From positions 33,924,620 to 33,988,619 of the forward strand of contig NC_081382.1 in the NCBI RefSeq assembly GCF_030684315.1: a stretch of 64,000 nt of DNA, in the 5' to 3' direction. The notes under the pieces are model-generated. The model had not been told where the DNA came from, did no database searches, and saw nothing but the letters and a program-made list of their open reading frames with translations. Positions within the stretch are counted from its first letter, which is position 1. Each line of letters begins with the position of its first letter. Positions 1 through 12,140 of the stretch are shown here, in pieces. The translations under genes and the position numbers were made by a program. Source of the stretch: Stegostoma tigrinum. Lineage: Eukaryota.

Positions 1-3000
1 GTATTGACCTTAACAACCACACACTAATTCCAATTGTATCGGTCTCAAGCATGCTCTTAGGGGTAGTACATTCCAGATCATTTTAAAAGTAAGGCAGGGT
101 CCTGAACTATAACTGGAGCAGCAAATAAAACTGTTGTCTTCACTACCTTTTCCTATGATACATGAGTATACCTGTGCTATTGAAGTTTTTGTTTTGACAG
201 GGTCAAAATGTACCCTTTGTATACCCATAATAACGGCTGGTATAACGAATTTAATTTGACATCAAATCAAAACATTAACACCTTCAAGCCTGGGTCACAA
301 AAAAAGTACTGATCAGCCAAATGAATGGATGGCATGAACAATCCCGTTTATAGTGAAGCATACAGTCAATCAATGCAGATGGCTGTGAAATTATACAATA
401 AGACAATCACCTAGTCTGCAAATCTCACAGAAGTGAACTTATGCACCATCCATACGTCAACACACCAGTGGCAACCTATTTTACATCAAGAATTTTCATT
501 GATAGTGATCTGTATTGCTGACAATGACCTATTTCAACTCTCTTTGTATAGAGAAGAGAACAAGGAATTTTTTCCCATGAATATAACATGTTTCTTAAGA
601 CAAGTATCATAAATAATACTGTACTAACAGTATATAATTTACTAAACTTGAACATAGAAAGACACTATGACTCAATTCTATCTTAAAGGAGTAGAATGAG
701 CTCATTTGTTAGTGCACAACTTGCAGCTGCTCTGCTTAAACTTCAGTTTTACATAAAAACAATTCAATTTCAACATTGTTTTCTTCCATCAAAAAGCATC
801 TGCAAAGAAAAATCAATTTCACAGCAATACATTAAGACAAAGTGGACAAGCAACATCAAAGTATCTTCGGGACAATGCAGGAATTCTTTCAATTAAGAGA
901 TGTAACTGATCAAGATACATAACTTTAGAATTGGCACTCAAAACAGAGTTACTAACCACAATCACCGATCAATCAAATTCTCTTTTGTGACAAAATAACA
1001 TATTTCAAAACCATGTTAATTACAGCAGTTTATTCACTTCTCTTTCAAACACTGAATTTTGGATAAAGTTGAGACAGTTGCCTCAGAATTATGTCATAAG
1101 GGTCTAGGACCAGCATTTTGTTGTGCACATAACAGAAAAGATGATGTCAGAAAGGTAACTAGATTTGTTTTCCATCGTGGAATTGCTCCCTACTGAAATT
1201 TTTTGTTACACTTAATACTTTGTCATCTATGATGCCAAAATTACAGCTCTTACTTTACAAAAAAAGCATTGAACACAGAGTTCATCAAATATTTCAGTCA
1301 CGTAGCCCAGCAAAACAAAGAAGAAATGTTAGTTGTGCAACTGGTATTGAAATGAGATTCAGAGTCAGTCAAAATCCATGCAGCTCTCGTCTCCGAGATC
1401 ATGGATTCTTACCAAAACTTAACTATAAGTTTACGACTGCACTTCTTTGATTACCTTCCTCTGTTACTTCAGTTGAAAGAGCTTGTATTCAAAATAATCT
1501 GGTGGTTTATTTTCAATGTTGGCATGGTTAGTATCAAAGTGGAGTTTAAGGTTGATTTCATACCACCTTGAGCAAGAAAATAGCATACCATGGTTGACAA
1601 TTTTTTTGGCAGATCAGGAAGCATGTATTCCAAGTCTAAGCAGACAAGACTATTTTCCATATCTTTCTTTTGCCTGCCTCCAATAGCCTCTACATGGAAT
1701 TCCTTATCCTCAACTTTTAGCTTCAACTAAGTGTGTGGCATTCTTTCACAAATATGAAACACCAAAAGTCATAGCCACATTAGTCATACTGCATGTTGCA
1801 AAGTAACATCACGTACAATACCAATAGTAAGTCCTGTGAGTAGTACAAAAGTCAAAACAATACATAAAAAGTGTATCAGTAGAAGCTCAGATTGGTCCAT
1901 TTTCTACTTCTAGAAACCACCAGAATTTCAGACATTTCATGCTGTTACCAGGTCACTCTATGTCAATCTGTTAAACTTAAGCTTGCTCAATGCCTTTAAA
2001 ATTAAAGAAAATTCTGACTTTCGATGCATCTCCTCTGGCTATAGAAGAGCATATCAGTGACTTTCTTTCTTGACCAGTGTCTCCCCTCCTCTTCCAACTA
2101 ATAACCTTGCCATGTCTTTTATTGTCCAAAACAGAGACTTCCAATTGAACAACTTCTTTATGATTCCCTCCCTATAGGATGGCCCACCAGCCGACCCATT
2201 CAGGATTAAGAACACAATGAACATGAATATCAATGTGCATTATATGTAGCAAAATGTGATAAAAAAAATTGTTGCAAACTATTCTGAATGGCTACCTCTG
2301 TATTTCACTACAATTAATCTTGCAATTCCTTCAAAACTGTTGTTTAAAAGCTTTAAATCAGCATTTCCCAAAATGCAGATGCTGTGAGGATCACAGAAAC
2401 AACATATGGGGTCATGAGTTCCACCTCCAAGACTAGGTCCTAAATCGTACTGAAGCTGAAGTGATGGCCAGCCAAGTATTTACTTTCTCTCCGAAGGGGA
2501 GGATTGGAACAGGGCATGAGGGTAGGGGCGTGGTTCACAAATACCCAGTGAAGATCTTAAGTCACAAATAAGAAGCTACTGCTCTCATTTTCCTTTCCAA
2601 GTGTGGCAGATGCAAGAATTCTTTTGGTGACAGCCTCACTTAAATGGCCACTACCCGAGTAGCCAGTCACATGTGTAGATACCACTTTTATCAAGGCCAA
2701 AGAGCAGCAGTCGCTTATATGATTCCTAAGTTTACGTGGGGCGAAGTGCAGAAGGGTAGTCCACAGGTAACGTGTGCATAATGATCTGGGGCAGCAGGCA
2801 TCAAAAAAAAACTTTGGTTGAGTCTTCTGCCGTTGGAGAATATGGAGAGATTCATTGAAACCCACGTAAGTATATAAAAATAATACCACTTAAAAGTACA
2901 TTAAACACAGATTTTCATATTTATGATGTACATTTTCATCTACAATATGACAACTTTAATAACCATGCGCTGAATGTCACTACATTACTTTATTTCTGCT

Positions 3001-4186
3001 TTGGTTGCGTTTTCACCAGGGACCACATTAATTTGCGAATGTAAACTGGAATCATATGAGAAAACAGATTGGTAGCTTTAAATGCTTTCTCTTGCCTCCT
3101 CCTAGAATGAACTTATTATTCACAAAAGAGCTGGGACAGAATTCAGATAACTGATTTAGAGGTCAGCAGGACTGACAATGCAAGGACAGCCTTACTATCA
3201 GCTATGAATAAAAATATTAGAAAAGGTATTCAAACCTACAATCCACCACTCCGCTAAAAACACCACTGTTTGTACAGCAGTTAGAAGTTTCACTCAACAA
3301 TTAAAACTGATTCCTTTTTCTAAAAAAAATTACCTTTGTTCTTAGTTATAGAATAAAGCTAGTTAATCTACACATATCTTACCTTAATTAGGAATAAGCG
3401 CAGCAAGTTAGCTTTTCTGTTCCTTCGGTAGGATTATGGCAATTTTGGGCAAAGCAGGCTTTTCAATCAACTAAAGGCACTATGGATGCTTTGCAACTTT
3501 TTAAACTGCATATCGCATGTTCATCTACCTCACCTATGTCGGTGAGAAGCAAACAGATAACCAAAATAAAATAAAGATCCTTTAAAAACTGTTACACCCT
3601 CCATAGAGATCAATTAAAAAAAAGGAATTTCCCAGACGACCAAAGGACAGGATTTCACATCTGAAGACCTTAATGTAACAGGCAATCTAAGGTCAATATG
3701 GAGTAAACAGCAATTAATGGGCAGTTAATTGTGATTAGGGTGCAAAATATATTATCATCATTTGGAAACTTTGATTTTTAAATGGAGATTGATGGGTTTT
3801 GGCTTTAGTTTCATGGAGATAAACTTTTTTTTAAAAAATACATCATTTCCAAATAAGGCATGTGACTAAGTGGCTAGTTAGATACCAGTGGCATTGATTG
3901 AAGAGGTGTTTAAACTACTGAGCTGGTGACTTGCAGAAAAACAAGTAATCAGAAGACACTGGTAGTTTACCTCAGGTTCAGTTCAGAAGAACCAGACTTC
4001 AGTTTTATCCGAGAAGTAGCAGGAAGATTTCAGTTCAGGAGAGCAGTTTAACCTTGGCAGCAAGGTAGTTTTGTTAGGTTTGTAGAAGTTCTAGTTTGAG
4101 TAAGTTTGTAGAATTCTCTTGGTTGTCACACTGGAAGGAATTCAGACCATCAAAACTCTACAGGAGTCTTAAATCTGTTTCAGCAG

Positions 4187-5271
4187 AACCGCTCCAAGAG
4201 GATCCCCCTCGTCCTCACACACCACCCCACCAACCTCCAGATACAACGCATCATCCTCCGACACTTCTGCCATCTACAATCCGACCCCACCACCCAAGAC
4301 ATTTTTCCATCCCCACCCTTGTCTGCCTTCCGGAGAGACCACTCTCTCCGTGGCTCCCTTGTTCGCTCCACACTCCCCTCCAACCCCACCACACCTGGCA
4401 CCTTCCCCTGCAACTGCAGGAAATGCTACACTTGCCCCCACACCTCCTCTCTCACCCCCATCCCAGGCCCCAAGATGACTTTCCATATTAAGCAGAGGTT
4501 CACCCGCACATCTGCTAATGTGGTATACTGTATCCATTGTACCCAGTGTGGCTTCCTCTACATTGGGGAAACCAAGCGGAGGCGTGGGGACCGCTTTACA
4601 GAACACCTCTGCTTGGTTCGCAATAAACAACTGCACCTCCCAGTCGCGAACCATTTTAACTCCCCCTCCCATTCTTTAGACGACATGTCCATAATGGGCC
4701 TCCTGCAGTGCCACAAAGATGCCACCCGAAGGTTGCAGGAACAGCAACTCATATTCCGCTTGGGAACCCTGCAGCCCAATGGTATCAATGTGGACTTCAC
4801 CATCTTCAAAGTCTCCTCTTCCCCCACCGCATCCCAAAACCAGCCCAGTTCGTCCCCTCCCCCCACTGCATCCCAAAACCAGCCCAGCCTGTCTCTGCCT
4901 CCCTAGCCTGTTCTTCCTCTCGCCCATCCCTTCCTCCCATCTCAAGCCGCACCTCCATTTCCTACCTACTAACCTCATCCCACCTCCTTGACCTGTCCGT
5001 CTTCCCTGGACTGACCTATCCACGCCCTACCTCCCCACCTATACTCTCCTCTCTACCTATCTTCTTTTCTCTCCATCTTCGGTTCGCCTCCCCCTCGCTC
5101 CCTCTCTCCCTATTTATTCCAGAACCCTCTCCTCAACCCCCTCTCTGATGAAGGGTCTAGGCCTGAAACGTCAGCTTTTGTGCTCCTGAGATGCTGCTTG
5201 GCCTGCTGTGTTCTTCCAGCTTCACACTTTATTATCTTGGATTCTCCGGCATCTCCAGTTCCCATTATCTC
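4187..5271 (+). mobile_element. Penelope-like element, family A, 5'-truncated (GIY-YIG endonuclease + 3' UTR)
   Basis: ORF 4319-4906: ANVVYCIHCTQCGFLYIGETKR..DRFTEHL (GIY-YIG with PLE CCHH motif); same 3' end as the other family A copies. Confidence 0.92.
5145..5172 (+). ncRNA. Minimal type I hammerhead ribozyme core (PLE family A)
   Basis: CTGATGA-agggtctaggcct-GAAA-cg-TC; stem I is very short. Confidence 0.7.
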
Positions 5272-5809
5272 TTAGAAAAAAAAGTTAGGCGAAAGATTAA
5301 CCAGTTAAAATTGGAGCGATCTTCCTCTGGGTTTGGAGTGACTGAAAGGATATCATTGGGAAATAGTTGAGTATATACGCTAAGATATTTTAAAATTAAA
5401 TTTATTATATATCCACAAGCTTTGTGTTTTTGTTCCCTTTGTGCCTAATAAAGTTATGGTAAAAGAGGCTCACATAAATGTGTTCAGTGACTAACTACCA
5501 CAGTAATCAACAGGAGAATAAAGCTTATGATCTATCAAGCCATTTTACTTGTCCAGTAGTACCATCAGCTGATAAACTAAAGGTAACTCTACATTAAGTA
5601 ATGCAATTGTGAGATGTCTTACAATCCCTTTTGCTGTGCACTGCACGCTGTCAGATATGTAGTACTACACAAACAATTAGCAAGTTATTCCTGGCTTTCC
5701 TGCAGGCTTAATGATTCCCAACACACTAAGTCAAGACTTCTCATGTACTTCACAAGTCATTCCACTCTGCCTGAGTCCACATACTTGACTTCTAACAACA
5801 AGGCTCACC

Positions 5810-5996
5810 TTGGTGAGTCCTTGTTCCTTCAATCTCCAAAAGTCATGTCCATTCTATTCTTTTCCCTTGGAACAGAAAAGTTACTCTCAAATATCCTGCT
5901 TGTTTGTTGACATAAAACGATCCTCTTCCCTTTATAGCAGCAGCTGTTTTTTCTCCTCACAGCTGCGGCTGCTTTGTCTTTTTCACTGTGGCTCAT
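5810..5996 (-). mobile_element. Decayed L1/Tx1-type ORF1 C-terminal fragment
   Basis: - strand reads SEKDKAAAAVRRKNSCCYKGKRIVL, resembling the ORF1p K..I..AAR.K...YKGKRI signature. Confidence 0.4.
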
Positions 5997-7424
5997 AAAG
6001 AGTTACTATGTATTAGCATGAAAACTATCATTTAATTTCAATAGGTTGCTGTTTGTAGCTTATTACCACCACAGTTCGACCTCAAGGGAATTCCTCCAAG
6101 CTGGTGTGCTTCTGGCATTTCCAATTTTACTTTAGGTTAAAAGGAGACACATTAAAACTTGAATGTACTTGATCTGCTGAAAATTCAGAGATACCAATAA
6201 CTTATGAAAAGATTTGTCCCGTTGCAACTGTGTATATTTAGTAGCACTCAGACCTGTAGATACTTCAGGCTTGCAGTCCAATCAAGTATCTCTGCTAATG
6301 TCTGAGATACCTTCATGCACACTTCACTTGCCCCAGTCTGATAGAGGCAAATCTCGAAGAAAGTGGCACAAAAATATTAGTGGTACCTCTGGCATACATG
6401 TCCTCTTTTCCAGTGTCAAGTTTAAATCTGCCAGCAAGTCAAGGGGATTGGCAGGCATCGGGCAACAATGATGTTATCAAGTACAGTGCGCAGACCAGGG
6501 AGTAAAGTGTACTAATTATCCACTAGTTTTAATTACATTCAACAGAGAAGCTGTTAGTATCTCAGAAATTGAAAACAGTCAAGACTTATTCCAAATGGGA
6601 GGTGAGAGATTAGGCTCCAAGTAGTAAGCAATTAACAATTTGCAAAAAGTTGTTAAAATCTGTTAGAAGTGGCCGTTGATCAGGGGACATGTACAGGCCA
6701 GTTCACCTGGGAGAAGCTGTTAATGTACTAAATGATGAACCACATGGGTCTGATTTTCTGTTAATCATGCAGCAAAACTGTCAGCGTTCATCACTATGAC
6801 TCCTCTCAAACGGACAACACCTCCTAGAGTTCAAATATGCATCATTAAATATGAAAAAAAATCCCAAAATCGCTTTTAGCAATTCAATTTCTCTCCATGG
6901 TTACCCTGTTGAAATTTCTTCAGTTTGCAATCAATTGGAAATCACTAAGTTATTGAGAACTTGCTTTTGTGTGCTGTGATTTTTGCTGTACAAACCCTTG
7001 GTAAAAGTTACACTTTGTTCATGCAGTTGCAACTAAGATTTTAGTAGCATCATAATTATACTGAACAGCTTCACTTGACCTTTAAAAACTAATTTTGTAT
7101 TTATGGAAGTCAAATTGATCCATTATAAATTCCACATTTTAAAATAGGTTTTAAAATTTCTGATGCTTTCTCTTCAAGCTTCATCCCACGTCTATGGCCC
7201 AGTCATTTAGCTAAAGAAAGTGGGTTGCTCATCCTTTATAATCAAATGCATGAATGAGGTTATGTGATCTATACGCCTGTGCATTTTATTGCTGCAACAG
7301 CAAGTATTTTCAACTGTAGAAGGCTTGCATACAGGTTATTGGAATTTGACCTTTGTCACTGCTGCTCAAGCTAGCTATGGGAAAGTAGACCAGGATGAGT
7401 CACTATCCAATTTTCCTTTTTACA

Positions 7425-7588
7425 GGAAAAAAAATGAAAATACTGCAGATGCTGAATATCTGAAACAATAACAGAAAGTGCTGGAGAAGCTCAACAGATC
7501 TGGCAGCATCTGTGGAGAGGGAAACAAAGTTAAAGTTCGAGTCCAACATGCCTCTTTGAGGAGTTCCTCCAACACTGTTTTTATTTCC
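7425..7588 (-). mobile_element. PLE family B 3'-end fragment with short inverted tail
   Basis: tgcagatgctg...gctggagaagctca..ctggcagcatctgtggagag motif shared with 51484 and 54129. Confidence 0.6.
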
Positions 7589-7789
7589 TTCTTACACATC
7601 CTAATTGCTTATTCGAACAAACTCCTGGAAATTATGATATACAGATGAACTAGAATGAGTCTTGCTAGTACACACTGTGCAATCAGGTGCTCAGCAGCAC
7701 AATTAATCTATTCCAACAAACCGATGATTAAATCTTTGCTGTGTTCAAAACAAAACAACAAATTTCAAGAAAAACGGCTCCACACACAA

Positions 7790-7975
7790 GAGAGATAGTA
7801 GGAACTGCTGATGCTGGAGAATCTGAGATAACACGGTGTGAAGCTGGATGAACACAGGCCAAGCAGCAGAGGAGCAGGACAGTTTTAAGAAGGGTCTTGA
7901 CCCGAAACATCAACTTTCCTGCTCCTCTGATGCTGCTTGGCCTACTGTGTTCATCCAGCTTCACACCATGTTATC
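7790..7975. mobile_element. Short fold-back PLE family A element
   Basis: Inverted arms gataacacggtgtgaagctggatgaacac / gtgttcatccagcttcacaccatgttatc; imperfect TSD ccacacacaa (7780-7789) / ccgcacacaa (7976-7985). Confidence 0.8.
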
Positions 7976-8819
7976 CCGCACACAAAAGGCCTTTCAATAA
8001 ATCCACAATTGTGCTCAGAGTTCCAACGTATTTCACAATGTTCCTTTTTGATGTCCTAATTGCAGCATAGCCATTTAGCTTACCCTGACAAATAATCACA
8101 GCAGTGTCTCCTGAAGCAGTACTTTAGCTACATAGCAGTCTATGTCTAAGTCTGCTTAGAACATACTAGGGATTACACCAAATTCCTCATTGATAGTACA
8201 GCACAAAAGTGATATAAAAGTGCTACATATTTTAATTTATACTGCTTTCCTAGCACATGCAATTAAACAGTTGTTGTAGTTAATATTGATCGGAACAGAT
8301 TGTTTCTGGTCAAACAAATTACAGACATGCCCAAAACATCAAAGCATTAACTTGAAAACAATCCATAAACAGGTTCCATTTGGCCAATGTTAACTGCACT
8401 CCCTTCCTACAGAGGGGCAAGTACTGTTTACCAAGTACATAAAGATTTGATAAGGTGCCCATGGGCCTGCAAGTGTTCTGAGATGTTGGAGTTTCAGCAC
8501 CCTTCCACTTATCTACTCAAAATGCTTATTGGCTTCCTATCACTAGTGCAACCAGGAACACCCTACTTTCTAAAGCCAACTAGGAAGAATCCCAGAGCCC
8601 AGTGGCCAAGTCTCACTAATAAGGCAGACTGGCTGATCTATTGACAACCGTGTTGTAGAATTGCTATAGACATTCCTGGTTCAGTAAGTGAATTACTAAA
8701 GCTGCAACATGGTTTTTGTTCGGTCACTGCCTGAATGCTGTCCTTATTTTCCTCCATGTCGGCATGGACTAGGATCAATTCATTCACACAAAATTCTGAA
8801 TGGAACTGAAGACAGTGCA

Positions 8820-8990
8820 ATCACCAATGGGTATCCCCACATTTTACTTTGTGATGGAAGGAAGATTACTGATGAAGCAGATGAGGCTAGCTAGGTATAC
8901 AATACAGTCTGTGGAACTCCTGCAACAATGTCCTGGAGCAGAGATAATTGGCCTCCAACAACCACAAGCTTTGTGCTAGGTATAGGTCCA
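8820..8990 (-). mobile_element. CR1-group LINE (second family) RT fragment
   Basis: Reverse complement of the segment at ~61600-61750 (gatggaaggaagattactgatgaagcag). Confidence 0.6.
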
Positions 8991-9696
8991 AAATCTTCCA
9001 TCACCCAGATCTCTATTCATTGTCAAGGAGGACAGTCAAAACTAAATTAATATATGTGTCACTAAACAACTAAAAACAAGGTTGAATCCTTGCCAGAGGA
9101 GAGCAAATAGAAAAGGGTTGCAGAAGGAGATGCACTGATAAATTTGAAGTGGATGAATGCTTGCCAAAATCCTGAAGCACCAACACTGCTTTCTTAATCA
9201 ATGGGCTCTTTTATAATCAATCCAGATAACGTTATCTGAAATCAACAGGCATCTTGACAGTCTTACAATCTGTCTTCAGGACAAAGGATGCACAAAGTAC
9301 AGTTTCAGGCATGCAACCAACCTTGATGTTCCAGAACAAGTTTAAAGTTAACTTGTGTGCATCCTCAAACATTCTGATTTTACCTGAAAATAATGTTGCA
9401 CAGCTGTCAGCTCATTCCTTGCTAAGCACATGAGTACTCTGCCCCTTAAAGGGCAATGTCACAGATTGTGTGTTCAGTGGTGAAGCAAAGGCACTTGCTG
9501 CTAAATGCTAAGAAGGTTGCTCACAGATCGAAAGATCACTTTTACAGTTAACCATTTCCAGACAGTTTAACCTAGCAGTTTGAACCTCGCCCAAGTCAAG
9601 GAGATGCCTTGGCATGTATGGTAGCAACAATAAGTAGGCAGATTTGAAATATTAACACATAACAAGCCAGGAAGTTAAAACTACTGAGTCTTTCAG

Positions 9697-10020
9697 ATTC
9701 ATAGCATCAGACTCATACAGAACAGAAACAGATCCTTGCCCCAACTTGTCCATTGCCAAACGTGTTTCCTAAACTGAACTAGTCTCATTTACCTACATTT
9801 GGCCCATATCCCTCTTCACCTTTCCCATCTGTGTACCTGTCCAAATGTCTGCTGCCACTTTCTTTGGCAGCTCGTTCTACACATGCACCACCTTCCTGTT
9901 TGGAAAATGTTGCCCCTCAGGTTCCTTTTAAATAGAGTCATACGATATGGAAGCAGACCCTTTAGTACAATTAGTCCACTCTGACCACGCTCCCAAACTA
10001 AACCAGTCCTACTTCCACCT
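9697..10020 (-). mobile_element. CR1 LINE 3'-end fragments (two tandem pieces)
   Basis: catagcatcagactcatacagaacagaaacag...tttggcccatatcc; same family as 22130 and 34550. Confidence 0.7.
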
Positions 10021-11289
10021 TGAAGTGTTTTGATTTTCAAATAGCAAACTAAATGATTACAATAGTATTAAGATAGAAGCTAAAATCAAAATAAACAAAT
10101 TTTAAAAAATCATAGCGATTGATATTCCAAAATTACAAAATTAGGTTTTATTAAACTGCTAAGTACCTTGGCTGGCCCTAATTTTGAACAGGCTACGCTT
10201 AGATCCTAGTCACACCCCTCTCAAAAAGATGCAACTGTTGTAAGGGATTTTAAAGTGAGATTAAAAGTGCAAGAATGGATTTTTTTGCCAAATCATAATT
10301 GAAATGGAGATTGCAGTTTTTAGGAGCCTTTACAACAAATGTGCTGGAGTCAAACAGAATCAGTGATAACAACGCCTAATTTCCACATTATTCTACTAAT
10401 GTGCACACTCCCAAAGTTGTTTAATTGCAGCAATGATTGTGAGCATTGACAGGTTTATTAGTCATTACCACAACAATATCCAGGCTAATAATTTTACAGA
10501 ATGTAAAAGATTAATCACAGTGTGAAGAGGGAATCATGCAGTTCACTTGACTGATTTAATGGAATTTGCTGGTCTGTTTTTGCATAAAAGGTTACTAAGT
10601 GTAAGTGAGAATGGAAGTTTCTCACCTTCAGTTTGAAAAACTTGTGTTATGTTAAGTCATAATGAACTCCCACTCAATATTGGCTAATTGTGATGGTAAA
10701 TTAATTTTTAAGCTGAAACAGACTCAAAATACTTTATTGAAATTGTTAGCTAAAAGATCCAATTTTGATAATGAATTAAAATTTCTCAGTAAAAGAAATA
10801 ACATAAACATGATTGCTTATTAATTGAGAATTTTGATTTTAACTTATTAATTTGATGAGGTATATATTTGGTGCTTAATGGAAGTGTTTCTAGACTCTCA
10901 AATCATATCAGATAAATCAGTTGTCAAAAAGCAGGAATGAAATTTGGCACCACGGGAAACAATCAGTACCCAGGCCAGATTTTTGGTGAACTTTCAGAGA
11001 AAGACATCAGCTAGCTGGTTAAATACTATAGCATGAGAATATACAATGTTTTTAATTGCATCCACCGCTCTTTTAAACCTGTTCTACCGTGCATTTCTAC
11101 CTCTTTCCACTATGCCTTCAGAGGCAAGATCTTCAACCTCTTGCTCCTGCAATTCTGAATGCTCTGCTTAAGCTTGCTAAAAATCTCCATCTTAAGCTTC
11201 TCGTACCCCAATTCTAAACTCAGATTATATGTACAATTATTATAGTACCACAAAGTGGTTGAATTTCAACTTCAATTTTAGGGACAGCA

Positions 11290-12140
11290 ATTGGTGTCCG
11301 CAACTTAAGTAAGAGCAATTACAGACATTTGATGAAAGAGTTGTCAAAAATGGGCAAGGAAAACAGGCTAAGGGGAAATTCAATAGATTAGCAGTGTCAG
11401 ATATTTAAACAGAATATTTACTAAAGTTCAGAAAAACATTATTCCAGTCCAAACTGACATGATGCGAAGGACAAACTACCTGTGGTTTACAGGGATGGTT
11501 AAACAGTGTATACCTTACTTTTTGATTGGATACTAAATGGTGAAAACTAGAGGTAGGATTTTGAATTTATTTTATCGTAATTAAGAAACAACTAAAAAGA
11601 TAATAAAGGAAAAAAAATTATAAAAATAAATTGGCAAGAAATACAAAACCAAACAAGAGCTCCTATGGGTCTGTACAAGAAAGAGAGTAGTTGAAGTAAG
11701 TCTGTGACTCTTTGCAAGGAGGAATTAATAATGGGGAAAAAGGAAATGGCTGATAATTTAAAACAATATTTAACATTGGTCTGCATAGTGGACAACATAG
11801 TAAACAAACGTAAGAGATAATGGAAGGAAAGATCATGTAACACTCTCTATTATGAGTATTTGACAAACTAATGAAACTTCCTCCCTAATGGCATTGTGGG
11901 TATAGCTAGACCAAATCGACAGTAGCTGTTCAAGGCAGCAGCTCATCACCATTTTCTCAAGGGCAATTAGGGATGGGCAATAAATGTTGGCCAGCCAGAG
12001 ATGTCTACATCCTGTGTGTGAATTTACAAAAAGCTAAAGTCAGACTTTTGGCCTGCATTGAAGGGTTTCAAAGGAGCAGGCTGCAGAGATAGTTGAGACA
12101 TTGGTCAAAATATCTCAGAATTGGAGTTTTACAAGCTCTT
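11290..12140 (+). mobile_element. Decayed CR1 linker region with a nested 3' end of the second LINE family (11878-12030)
   Basis: gaaatggctgataatttaaaacaatattt CR1-like stretch; ggatgggcaataaatgttggccagcc tail matches ~62550-62600. Confidence 0.55.

Larger units (their letters stand above)
3861..5580 (+). mobile_element. Possible LTR-like repeat interrupted by the 4187-5271 PLE
   Basis: Starts TGTGAC; AATAAA at ~5448 and ~5517; composition differs from the flanks. No TSD or partner LTR found. Confidence 0.3.

Noticed and set aside
1469-1726. 85-aa - strand ORF as an exon of the divergent gene
   Set aside because: No LRRC8 or other recognisable motif and no clear splice sites; at most a faint resemblance to decayed CR1 ORF1.
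2480-2900. Alternative promoter (GC box ggggcgtgg, E-box, donor-like gtaagt)
   Set aside because: Short motifs expected by chance; CpG density is too low to support a call.
4096-5148. Many overlapping Pro-rich and Gly-rich ORFs in PLE copies
   Set aside because: Alternative-frame and antisense products of the C-rich strand bias.
4175-5290. TSD or inverted arm for the 4187-5271 PLE
   Set aside because: None found; this copy does not follow the fold-back pattern and is an exception to it.
6730-7140. Possible ancient repeat related to 10260-10750
   Set aside because: Similarity too weak to align by eye.
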